In this document: piece by piece, positions 17,063 through 26,111 of the stretch
Layout of the letters: each line of letters begins with the position of its first letter
Position numbering within the stretch: the first letter of the stretch is position 1
The notes under the pieces: model-generated
The model's input: the letters and a program-made list of their open reading frames with translations, nothing else
Databases searched by the model: none
Told to the model about the DNA's origin: nothing
Assembly (NCBI GenBank): GCA_030651475.1
Contig: JAUSEW010000027.1
Span: 109,614 to 173,613, forward strand
DNA: 64,000 bases
Direction of reading: 5' to 3'
From: Candidatus Levyibacteriota bacterium
GTDB lineage: Bacteria > Patescibacteriota > Microgenomatia > Levybacterales > UBA12049
Made by a program: the position numbers and the translations under genes

Positions 17063-18871
17063 ATGCAAGCAGTAATTTTGGCAGCAGGACAATCCAGCAG
17101 AATGTATCCGTTCGAAAACGAAATTCATAAATCCATGATTAGAATCATGGGAAAACCAATTCTTTATTACACAATAGAGGCACTTAAAAGATCAAAGATT
17201 TTTGATTTGATAATTGTTACAAGTGGAAAAAGTAAAACGGAGCAGTATTTTGGAGACGGAAAGAAATTGGGAGTATCGATTCAATACGTTTTTCAGGAAA
17301 AACCTGAAGGAGCAGGAGATGCTTTACTTCTTGCCGGTAAATATATAACCGGTGATTTTTTTCTTCTTAATGCATCTCACGTTGAAATTGATACGCTTAC
17401 GGAAGATTTGTTAAACGCGAAAGATAAAGATACCCAAGCAGTTCTTCTTGCAAGGAAAAAAACAACTGGCGTTATTCAGGGAGTTCTCAAATTTAAAGGC
17501 AGAAAAGTAGAGGAGATAGTTGAAAAACCAAAAATTGGAGAAGAGCCATCAAGTATGTGTGTTGTCGGCGTATATCTTTTCGAGAAAGAGTTTTTAAAAG
17601 CTCTTAATAATACGCCAAAAGAACATTATCAGCTTGAAAAGGCAATTTCCTCTTACGCCAAAAATAATTCCGTTGTGTTTTTGAAAACGTCAAAGGAAAC
17701 GGTTACGTTGAGATATCCATGGGATCTTTTGGGGATAAAAAATTACCTGTTTAAAAGCCTAAGAAGATCCATAAGCGTAAAATCAAAGATTGCAAAAACA
17801 GCAGAAATTATCGGAGAAGTTATGATTCAGGATAACGTAATTATAATGGAAGGAGTCCGCATAAAGGGACCGTGTTTTATCGGAAAAGGTACGGTAGTTG
17901 GAAATAATGCTTTGTTACGGAATGGAGTTAATATTGGAGAAAATTGTTTGGTAGGCAGTTTTATGGAAGTAAAAAACACTATTATTATGGATGAGTCAAC
18001 AACTCATTCGGGTTTTATTGGCGACTCGGTTATCGGTGAGAAGTGTAAGATAGCAGCGCAGTTTTGTACAGGAAACGTGAGGCTTGATAGAGGCATAATA
18101 AAAACTGTTGTTAAGGGAGAAAGCATAGAGACAGGAGTTAAGTTCCTTGGAGTATTTGTTGGAGCGGGATCAAATATCGGAATTAAAGTTTCCGCAATGC
18201 CCGGAATTATCATTGGAAGAAATGCAACCATTGGTCCTTCAACCGTAGTAATGAAGAATGTCCCAAGCGATACTAAATATTATACAAAATTTCAGGAAAT
18301 TATAAGCAAGAAAAATGTCCTTCAGCAAGTCTTCGACTCCGAGGTCTTCGACCGTGAGGCTCAGACCGAATCGGCTCAGACTCGAGGAGCTCAGGATTTT
18401 CAGAAATCAATAGTTCTTTTCGATATTGACTACACGCTTTTCGATACTCGCAAATTTAAGGATTCACAGCTTCAAGATTATAATATTTATGAAGAAGTTA
18501 TGGGGATATTAATGCAGCTTTCGGGTTTAGTCAATTTAGGAATTTTTTCTAAAGGAGAAACTGATTTTCAAAAAACCAAACTGGAAAAAACAGGAATGAT
18601 GCAGTTTTTTAAAGAAAATAATGTTCATATCTTTAACGACAAAGACGCCAATTTGATAAATGTTTTAGAAAAATACAAAGATTCTAAGCTGTTTCTTGTT
18701 GATGATAAATTGGGCATATTGTATTCTGCCAAAAAACATATGCCACAAGTTTTTACCATTTGGGTCAAAAGAGGTCCATTTGCCAAAGCTCAAAAGCCAA
18801 TTGAAGGATTTTCGCCCGATGAGCAAGTTGAAAATCTCTCAGAAATTGTTAGAATAGTAAGGTCAAATTAG
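17063..18871 (+). CDS. glmU: Archaeal-type GlmU-like sugar-1-phosphate nucleotidyl/acetyltransferase fused to a C-terminal HAD-like domain
   Basis: AVILAAG.SSRM.P, IVEKP, YPWDLL and hexapeptide repeats, then LFDIDYTLFD...FSKG...LVDDK (HAD motifs I, II and IV). Confidence 0.85.
   Translation: MQAVILAAGQSSRMYPFENEIHKSMIRIMGKPILYYTIEALKRSKIFDLIIVTSGKSKTEQYFGDGKKLGVSIQYVFQEKPEGAGDALLLAGKYITGDFFLLNASHVEIDTLTEDLLNAKDKDTQAVLLARKKTTGVIQGVLKFKGRKVEEIVEKPKIGEEPSSMCVVGVYLFEKEFLKALNNTPKEHYQLEKAISSYAKNNSVVFLKTSKETVTLRYPWDLLGIKNYLFKSLRRSISVKSKIAKTAEIIGEVMIQDNVIIMEGVRIKGPCFIGKGTVVGNNALLRNGVNIGENCLVGSFMEVKNTIIMDESTTHSGFIGDSVIGEKCKIAAQFCTGNVRLDRGIIKTVVKGESIETGVKFLGVFVGAGSNIGIKVSAMPGIIIGRNATIGPSTVVMKNVPSDTKYYTKFQEIISKKNVLQQVFDSEVFDREAQTESAQTRGAQDFQKSIVLFDIDYTLFDTRKFKDSQLQDYNIYEEVMGILMQLSGLVNLGIFSKGETDFQKTKLEKTGMMQFFKENNVHIFNDKDANLINVLEKYKDSKLFLVDDKLGILYSAKKHMPQVFTIWVKRGPFAKAQKPIEGFSPDEQVENLSEIVRIVRSN
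18318..18396 (+). repeat. Three nested mini palindromic elements in the GlmU-HAD linker
   Basis: Arm pairs TCCT/AGGA (18318/18396), AGTCT/AGACT (18328/18382) and GGTCT/AGACC (18343/18367), each with a TC(GAC)...GCTC core. Confidence 0.88.
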
Positions 18872-18876
18872 AAATT

Positions 18877-20640
18877 ATGTGTGGAATATTTGGATACGTT
18901 GGGAATAAAAATGACGCTGCAGATATTGTCCTTGAGGGATTAAAGCTGTTGGAATACAGAGGTTATGACTCATGGGGAGTGGCGGTAAAAGTTCGGAAAA
19001 AGCTTTCGGTAGATAAGCATATAGGCAAAATAGGAGATGCGCAAGTAAACCTTCCTCAAAGCGTTTTGGGAATTGGACACACAAGGTGGGCAACTCATGG
19101 CGGAGTAACTGCTGCTAATGCCCATCCCCATATGGATTGCACGAAAACAATAGCAGTTGTCCATAATGGAATTGTTGAAAATTTTCAGGAATTAAAAACA
19201 GAACTTATTGAAAAAGGTCATAAATTTATTTCGGAAACAGATACAGAAATTATCCCTCATTTGATAGAAGAAAATCTGAAAAAAGAAGGTTTTGCTTCGT
19301 CTGTCAGAGATGCCTTCAATAGCCTTAAGGGTCTAAATGCAGTAGTTGTAGCGTATGCTCCATCTAGAGAAATAGTTGCGGCAAAAACAGGATCGCCTTT
19401 GGTTGTAGGTATTGGCAAAAATGAATTATTTGTTGCATCGGATGCATCAGCAATAGTTAAACATACAAAAAAAGTTATTTTTCTTGAAGATAATCAAATG
19501 GTTATTTTGGGAAAAAGATTAAAGCTAATAAATCTACCTGGAGGTAAAGAAATAAAACCAACAATAAATAAAATTAACTGGAAATTTGAGCATGGAGAAA
19601 AAGGGAAATTTAAACACTTTTTACTTAAAGAAATTAATGATCAGCGCACCACAATTATAGACGCTGTTACGCAGAACGAAAAAAAATTGTTCGAGTTTGC
19701 AAACCTTATTAGGAATTCGTTTGATACCTATATCTCTGGTTGTGGGACAGCGGGGCATGCTTGTAGAATGGCAACGTATATATTCTCAACTATTGCAAAA
19801 AAACATATAAATTTCGCTATTGGATCAGAATTTTCATATTATGAAGATTTTTTAACAGATAAGTCATTATTAATTGTCGCATCGCAAAGCGGAGAGACAA
19901 TAGATCTGGTAGAGGCAGTAAGCGCTGCAAGACGGCACAAAAGTAAAGTAACGGCATTGGTAAATGTGATTGGTTCAACGTTATATAGGCAATGTGATCT
20001 TGTACTTCCCTTGCGAGCCGGAGTTGAGAGATGTGTATTGTCTACAAAATCCTTTACCAGTAAGCTTGCAATTTTCTATCTTTTGGCGTTCATATTAAAA
20101 GGTGAATATAGCGAGGGTAGAAAAAAAATAATAAAAACAGCACGAGCCGTAGGAGAGCTTTTGGATGACAAAGAATTTAATCAGCAATTAAAGAATGTTG
20201 CAGATGAAATCTATAAAACAAAAGATATATATATTCTTGGTCGTGGTTTTAGCTTTCCTTTGGCATTGGAAGCTGCGCATAAAATTAAAGAAGCAAGTTA
20301 TATACATGCGGAAGGATTTGCTGGGGGTGAGCCAAAACATTGCGAAATCTCTCTTGTTTCAGAAGGTACTCCAACAATTGTTTTTGTACCAAATGATGAA
20401 ACTAAATCAGCAATAATTAGCAATGCAACAGAATTTAAGGCACGAGGTGCATATATTATTGGCATTGGGCCTGAGAAGCAAGCGGTTTTCGACGAATGGA
20501 TTCAAGTTCCCGATCTGGGAGTGACATCATCTATTATTAATATAATTCCCGCTCAACTATTAGCTTACTATTTAGCTTTAAAGAAGGGTAACGATCCAGA
20601 CAAGCCAAGGAATTTAGCCAAAAGTGTTACTGTGAAATAA
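18877..20640 (+). CDS. glmS: Glutamine--fructose-6-phosphate transaminase
   Basis: MCGIFG, LEYRGYDS.G, GHTRWATHG, HNGIVEN, SQSGET, DPDKPRNLAKSVT. Confidence 0.96.
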   Translation: MCGIFGYVGNKNDAADIVLEGLKLLEYRGYDSWGVAVKVRKKLSVDKHIGKIGDAQVNLPQSVLGIGHTRWATHGGVTAANAHPHMDCTKTIAVVHNGIVENFQELKTELIEKGHKFISETDTEIIPHLIEENLKKEGFASSVRDAFNSLKGLNAVVVAYAPSREIVAAKTGSPLVVGIGKNELFVASDASAIVKHTKKVIFLEDNQMVILGKRLKLINLPGGKEIKPTINKINWKFEHGEKGKFKHFLLKEINDQRTTIIDAVTQNEKKLFEFANLIRNSFDTYISGCGTAGHACRMATYIFSTIAKKHINFAIGSEFSYYEDFLTDKSLLIVASQSGETIDLVEAVSAARRHKSKVTALVNVIGSTLYRQCDLVLPLRAGVERCVLSTKSFTSKLAIFYLLAFILKGEYSEGRKKIIKTARAVGELLDDKEFNQQLKNVADEIYKTKDIYILGRGFSFPLALEAAHKIKEASYIHAEGFAGGEPKHCEISLVSEGTPTIVFVPNDETKSAIISNATEFKARGAYIIGIGPEKQAVFDEWIQVPDLGVTSSIINIIPAQLLAYYLALKKGNDPDKPRNLAKSVTVK

Positions 20641-23600
20641 TACCCTTATCGATTAGCTGATATACAATCGTTTTACATTCATCATCCGTGAGAGCATACT
20701 TGTCCAATACAGTTATTCTCCCTTTATTATTTGATACCCTTTTTGCATGGCTCAAGATATTTATAAGTTGAGGAATAGTTAATTTTAGTCGGGTTAAATT
20801 TAAATCAATTCCCGCTTCGTTAATAGTATGTGCTATATGTGTGGTGTCTTTTTGCTGTAAATGTGTCATAATCAATGTGCCCAATGCCATCACTTCTCCA
20901 TGACGAACCTTATCTGGAAATAATTCTAAAGCAGCCGTGCTAAAAATTTTCTCGGAACCACTCGCTGGATGAGAACCGATACCTCTTACGAGAGTACAGT
21001 ATGAAAGCCATGTAAGAGACTTTGCTAATTCTTCTATAGATTGAGTATAAATAAAATTATCCGTAGCGCTTATCGATTTTAAAAGCGATAACGCTCTAGC
21101 TTCAATGGCGCTGCTGTATCTTGTTTGACCATTCAGACTTGCTGTTTTCCAGTCTTCCAAAGCAGAGGCAACAGCTATTATATCTCCATATCCCAATCTA
21201 TTCAAATCTTGATCCTGTTTAGATAGGAATGTCGTATCTATCATAACAAAATCTGGTAAACGTCCAGTAATAGTAGCATCTACCCCAACTGTTTTTAGAA
21301 CTCCTAATGGATGTATGTAGGGAGAGGAGAAGGTGTTGGTTGATAATATTGTAGGAATCAATACCATTAGGCAATTTTTATTATATGCGGCGTATTTTGT
21401 TAAGTCCATCACGGTTCCACTGCCCAAACCGACTATAATCTTCTCATCGTTTGTCAGTACTTTTTCCAAATCTTCTTTTTTGGGTTCATGAGCAATAAAT
21501 ATACACTTTTCCTTTATTGCTTGAGCAATATTGGGATAATTTTCCTCAACTTTTCTGAAAGCATCTTGGTCTGTTACTACTCTAAATTCAACGCCATCAA
21601 CTAATATTTTTTCTAAAACTCTTTGTATCCCATTTTCACTAATCGCAATATTGCTAGATATTCTATCTGCAAAATGTTCCCACGAAAATAAATCATCGAC
21701 TCTATGATTATGTTGAATATCTAATTCTAGACAAACTGTTTCGATAAATTCTATTTCATCCTCAATAGTCTTAGTTAATTCTTCGAGCTTGGGTAATGTT
21801 TCTCTCATTGCGTCTCGAGTTGTCTCTAAAATGTTTTCACCTTGACCATATAAAGATAGATGATTTTGAATAAATGTAAATAAAATTTTGTTTATTTTCT
21901 TTAAAGACGCATCGTAAGTTGCTTGTAGATGATATTTTCCTTCACGTACAATAATTGTAGGTTTTGTTTTCAATAGACTTGTCATTTTGTGTATAATTTC
22001 AGGCATTTTAGTTAAGTGAAGATATGCCATATTACTGTCAAAATCTTCAAGTTTTTTGTTTTCTTTATATGCAATATTTAGGGCGTCTGCTAATTTTCCT
22101 ACTTTTGGATCTGCAAATTGATAGTCTTGAGGATCTGTAGTGCAATTAAAATAAGGAGGAAGTAGCCCCTTTTGTTGTAAGCGGTATTTGTCTGTGGTCC
22201 CTGGGAATATATCTAATTTTTGTACCATTACTGAAAAATTGTATAATTCATCTGAGTCTTTAAGGAATTGAAAATTTTGAGATGCGTCCTCGACGGTCAT
22301 AAGTGGATGCCAAGCGATAAAGCCAAGTTGCAAGGATACCCCTTCTTCTCTAGCTCTTTGAACGAATTTTTTGTAATTGTCTGCCTGAGAAAATTTATTC
22401 ATAGTGTTAAGCATTCCTTGACTGGCAGATTCAAATCCAACAAAAGCCATTATCATCCCGTTTTGGTGTAGCTTTCTAAACAATCTGTCTCCCTCTTCGT
22501 TTAGCGGAATACTGTCAGGCCGAAGAAGAGGGCGAAATTGCATATTCAGGTCTCTTTGTTCAAGCTCATCACAGAAAGCACTTATTCTTTCTAATCCATC
22601 TCTGCCTGGTTTGATAAAAATATCATCATTAAAGTAGACTGTTTCTACTCCGTATTTTTTTAAATATTCCATTTCGTCAACAATTTGACGAACATGACGA
22701 GGATTGTAACGCCGATCATATAATTTTACGCTTGTGCAAAATGAGCAGTTACCGATACATCCTTCGCTCGTACTCATTCTAGCGGTTTTAGGGCTTTTTA
22801 CTAGAACATTTTTGGGGTATGTATCGTTAAGCTGGACGTGTTGGATTTGAGGAAACTTAGATAGGGGTATTGCGCGCCATGCATTTACAATTTTGTTTGG
22901 CTTTAAACCATTGTGCGTCACTATGTCAGGAATATCATTTAGGGATTTGCCTCTACGTAAAGCATCTATCAGGAGTGGAAACGATAAATCCCCTTTTCCA
23001 ACGATTACGGCATCAACATTCTTAAAATCTGGTTGTTCAAATATCCTCTCATCTTGAACTGCTAATGATATATGATGACCTCCCATAACCACAAACGTAT
23101 CGGGATTTATATCCTTGCTTGCTTGGGCTACTTTCAGTCCATCTCTAACGGTCATTGCAGTTGCGTTTATGCCAACCACACGTGTTTTGGAGGAGGCAAT
23201 GTGTTCGGCTATATCTTCAAGACTTAAGTTTTTCTGTTCGGCATTCAATATGGTTGTTCCGTAGCCTGCTTGACTTAAGGCTACATAAAGTTCTTCAAAG
23301 CCAAGATACTCTTTTCCTGCTTGAGATAGTACGCTTGCTCTTTTTTCAAAAGTTCTTGGGAAAACGAGAGCAACAGGATACTCTGCTTTTGGCGTTGCAT
23401 CATCGGGTTTTCTGTTTACGTATTCCATCACGGAATTATAAGGATCAAATAGTTGCCATTCTTCTGTAATACCTGAATAAACACGTAGAATGTCTTTTGT
23501 TCTACGCCATGTAGGAAAGGTCGCGTCTAAATGAGCAACATACCTCCTACACAAAAGTTCCCTAGTGGAGCGTTGGGCAATGGCTGTAGGAAGTTTTGCC

Positions 23601-23800
23601 TGTAAGCTTTGTACCAGTACGTCAAAATCTATTTCCTTGACCCTTTTTGTATTAGTTGTTAAGTTTTCTAAAATTTTCGATACATAACTATCGGGACACA
23701 ATAAACGTAGATTGCCATAAGGAAATTCAATATTATGCTTGGATAAAGCTTCTTTAGGGTAAAAAGTTTCATGTTCACCCTTTTCTTTTCCTACTGCCAT
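20627..23800 (-). CDS. Fusion of a B12-binding radical SAM enzyme and a glycerol-1-phosphate dehydrogenase/Fe-ADH-like domain
   Basis: B12-binding-type VVMGGHH...DAVIVGKGD; GCIGNCSFC (CxxxCxxC), FNDDIF, VGFESAS; C-terminal GLGSGTVMDLTKY, IPTILS, GYGDII, SHPASGSE, HGE. Confidence 0.85.
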   Translation of the reverse strand: MAVGKEKGEHETFYPKEALSKHNIEFPYGNLRLLCPDSYVSKILENLTTNTKRVKEIDFDVLVQSLQAKLPTAIAQRSTRELLCRRYVAHLDATFPTWRRTKDILRVYSGITEEWQLFDPYNSVMEYVNRKPDDATPKAEYPVALVFPRTFEKRASVLSQAGKEYLGFEELYVALSQAGYGTTILNAEQKNLSLEDIAEHIASSKTRVVGINATAMTVRDGLKVAQASKDINPDTFVVMGGHHISLAVQDERIFEQPDFKNVDAVIVGKGDLSFPLLIDALRRGKSLNDIPDIVTHNGLKPNKIVNAWRAIPLSKFPQIQHVQLNDTYPKNVLVKSPKTARMSTSEGCIGNCSFCTSVKLYDRRYNPRHVRQIVDEMEYLKKYGVETVYFNDDIFIKPGRDGLERISAFCDELEQRDLNMQFRPLLRPDSIPLNEEGDRLFRKLHQNGMIMAFVGFESASQGMLNTMNKFSQADNYKKFVQRAREEGVSLQLGFIAWHPLMTVEDASQNFQFLKDSDELYNFSVMVQKLDIFPGTTDKYRLQQKGLLPPYFNCTTDPQDYQFADPKVGKLADALNIAYKENKKLEDFDSNMAYLHLTKMPEIIHKMTSLLKTKPTIIVREGKYHLQATYDASLKKINKILFTFIQNHLSLYGQGENILETTRDAMRETLPKLEELTKTIEDEIEFIETVCLELDIQHNHRVDDLFSWEHFADRISSNIAISENGIQRVLEKILVDGVEFRVVTDQDAFRKVEENYPNIAQAIKEKCIFIAHEPKKEDLEKVLTNDEKIIVGLGSGTVMDLTKYAAYNKNCLMVLIPTILSTNTFSSPYIHPLGVLKTVGVDATITGRLPDFVMIDTTFLSKQDQDLNRLGYGDIIAVASALEDWKTASLNGQTRYSSAIEARALSLLKSISATDNFIYTQSIEELAKSLTWLSYCTLVRGIGSHPASGSEKIFSTAALELFPDKVRHGEVMALGTLIMTHLQQKDTTHIAHTINEAGIDLNLTRLKLTIPQLINILSHAKRVSNNKGRITVLDKYALTDDECKTIVYQLIDKGIISQ

Positions 23801-24003
23801 ATATTGATTCTTTTATCTTTTAAGGCTAGTATTCTATACGCGTATCATACAGCTTTGTGATTTAATGTCAAGAATTCTTGACGAATCTTATATTTAGCTC
23901 AAAAGTTTTTATTCCATATCATTTGAAAACTCGCAAAATCCGTGACGGTGAAGTAGCCTCTTTTATTTGTATATCGCTTCGTAGGATAGTATAATAGATA
24001 GTC

Positions 24004-25014
24004 ATGGCGCAACTTTTGGGCTTAACGCTTCTTTCTTTTTTCATAACAGGTATTCTGCTTATTCCTTTTATAGATTTTCTATACAAAATAAAACTTCGCC
24101 GTCAGAAGCAAAAAACTAAAGATCTTTTTAATAAGTCCACTCCGATTTTTGACAAATTCAATAATTGGAAAGTGGGAACTCCGTTTGGGGGAGGAATACT
24201 AATCATAGCTGTGGCATCAATGCTTACGCTATGGGCATACGGGATATTGAAAATAAGCGTAAAGCCGTGGGAAGTTTTCGTAATTCTGTTTACATTTGTT
24301 GGTTTTGGGCTTTTGGGACTTTTAGATGATGCGAAAAAGTTAAATCCGGGGAAAGAATTTTTCTTTTTTGGGCTTAGGTTCAGGCATAAGTTTATACTGC
24401 AGTGGGTTTTGGCTTTTATCGTGGCGGCAGTTTTATATAGACAGCTTGGTTATACTTTTATTTTCATACGGGGAGTCGGCTTAACAAGTATGGGATTTTT
24501 GTATATTCCTTTTGCCGCTTTTGTCATAGTTTCTTTCGCAAATGCCTTCAATATTGCAGACGGATTAGACGGATTGGCTACTGGTCTTTTCTTAATATCG
24601 CTTGTTGCTTTTCTGGCTATTTCTGCCAACCAATTGGATAATTCGCTTGGAGCTTTTATTGCAATACTTATGGGAAGCGTAGCGGCATTTTTGTACTTCA
24701 ATATATACAAAGCCAGAATATGGCTTGGGGACGTAGGATCTTTATCTTTGGGTGCGACTTTGGGAGTGATAGGTCTTCTTACAGGGAAAATCATAGCGGT
24801 TGCGTTTATCGGAGGAGTATTCATTATAGAAATAGGATCATCTCTTATCCAGATTCTTTCCAGAAAATTTTTTGGGAAAAAAGTTTTTCCGGTTGCGCCC
24901 CTCCATTTATATTTATTAAGAAAAGGATGGGATGAGCCAAAAATTGTAATGAGAGCTTGGCTTGCGGGATTTTTCTTTGCAATCTTAGGACTTTATATAG
25001 CCTTCATAAAATGA
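24004..25014 (+). CDS. mraY: Phospho-N-acetylmuramoyl-pentapeptide transferase
   Basis: K.GTP.GGG, GLLDD..K, NAFNIADGLDGLA, FLYFN..A.IWLGDVGS, VAPLH. Confidence 0.95.
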   Translation: MAQLLGLTLLSFFITGILLIPFIDFLYKIKLRRQKQKTKDLFNKSTPIFDKFNNWKVGTPFGGGILIIAVASMLTLWAYGILKISVKPWEVFVILFTFVGFGLLGLLDDAKKLNPGKEFFFFGLRFRHKFILQWVLAFIVAAVLYRQLGYTFIFIRGVGLTSMGFLYIPFAAFVIVSFANAFNIADGLDGLATGLFLISLVAFLAISANQLDNSLGAFIAILMGSVAAFLYFNIYKARIWLGDVGSLSLGATLGVIGLLTGKIIAVAFIGGVFIIEIGSSLIQILSRKFFGKKVFPVAPLHLYLLRKGWDEPKIVMRAWLAGFFFAILGLYIAFIK

Positions 25015-25037
25015 TATTTATTTATCTTTCCTAATGT

Positions 25038-26111
25038 ATGAAAAGGATAGATGTTTTTCTTCTTGGAATAGTTTCAATATTAGTCTTATTTGGACTATTT
25101 ATGATTTACGATGCGTCCTCATATGTTGCATTTAGAGATTTTGGGGATAAATACCATTACATAAAAGACCAATTTTTTTGGGGAGCATTAGGGTTCTTGG
25201 GATTAATTTTCTTTACGCTTTTCGATTATCGTAAATTATATAACCTTGCTTTGCCTTTGCTGGTAATTTCAATAATTCTCCTTATTTTAGTTTTTATGCC
25301 TGGCATTGGAGTATATGTTTTGGGAGCGCATCGATGGATCAATCTAGGCATTTTCACCCTTCAGCCTGCAGAATTCGTTAAGCTTGCTCTGGCGATTTAT
25401 CTTGCGGCTTGGTTTTCCAATAAAGAAAAGGGCAGATTTACGGCATTTTTATTTCTTATTGGGTTAGTTTTAGTTCTTGTTGCTCTTCAGCCGGATATGG
25501 GTACTGGTATTGTAATACTAACAGAAGCTCTCGTTATTTATTTTTTGTCGGGCGGAAACATATTTTATTATGTAGTTTTAATTCCTGTATTAACAGCAAT
25601 AGGGTTTATATTTGCAAAAATTGAACCATACAGAGCAAGACGTCTTGAGACATTTTTAAGCCTGGATAAATCTCTTGATTCATCTTCTTATCACGTAAGA
25701 CAGATACTTATAGCTTTAGGGTCAGGAGGCATAATGGGAGTCGGGCTTGGCAATTCCTTGCAGAAATATGCATATCTTCCGGAAACAACTACAGATTCGA
25801 TATTCGCAATTATAGCAGAGGAGTTAGGGTTTTTTGGAGCAGGAATTGTTATTGTTATATTTGCTTTAGTCACTTGGAGAGGCATACATATTGCATTAAG
25901 GGCAAAGGATAATTTTGGCAAACTTTTGGCAGGCGGAATTACAACATTTTTGGCAATACAGGCAATTATAAATTTTGCGGCTCAAACAGCGCTTTTGCCT
26001 TTAACGGGAATTCCCCTTCCTTTTATCTCCTATGGAGGATCTGCTCTTATAGTTGATCTCTGCGCGGTTGGCATGCTTTTAAATATTTCTAAACAGGGGA
26101 GCAATACATGA
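25038..26111 (+). CDS. ftsW: SEDS family cell division protein FtsW
   Basis: GAHRWI, QPAEFVK, QPDMGT, G.GLGNS.QK..YLPE..TDSIF.IIAEELG, GIPLPFISYGGS; located in the dcw cluster. Confidence 0.93.
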   Translation: MKRIDVFLLGIVSILVLFGLFMIYDASSYVAFRDFGDKYHYIKDQFFWGALGFLGLIFFTLFDYRKLYNLALPLLVISIILLILVFMPGIGVYVLGAHRWINLGIFTLQPAEFVKLALAIYLAAWFSNKEKGRFTAFLFLIGLVLVLVALQPDMGTGIVILTEALVIYFLSGGNIFYYVVLIPVLTAIGFIFAKIEPYRARRLETFLSLDKSLDSSSYHVRQILIALGSGGIMGVGLGNSLQKYAYLPETTTDSIFAIIAEELGFFGAGIVIVIFALVTWRGIHIALRAKDNFGKLLAGGITTFLAIQAIINFAAQTALLPLTGIPLPFISYGGSALIVDLCAVGMLLNISKQGSNT

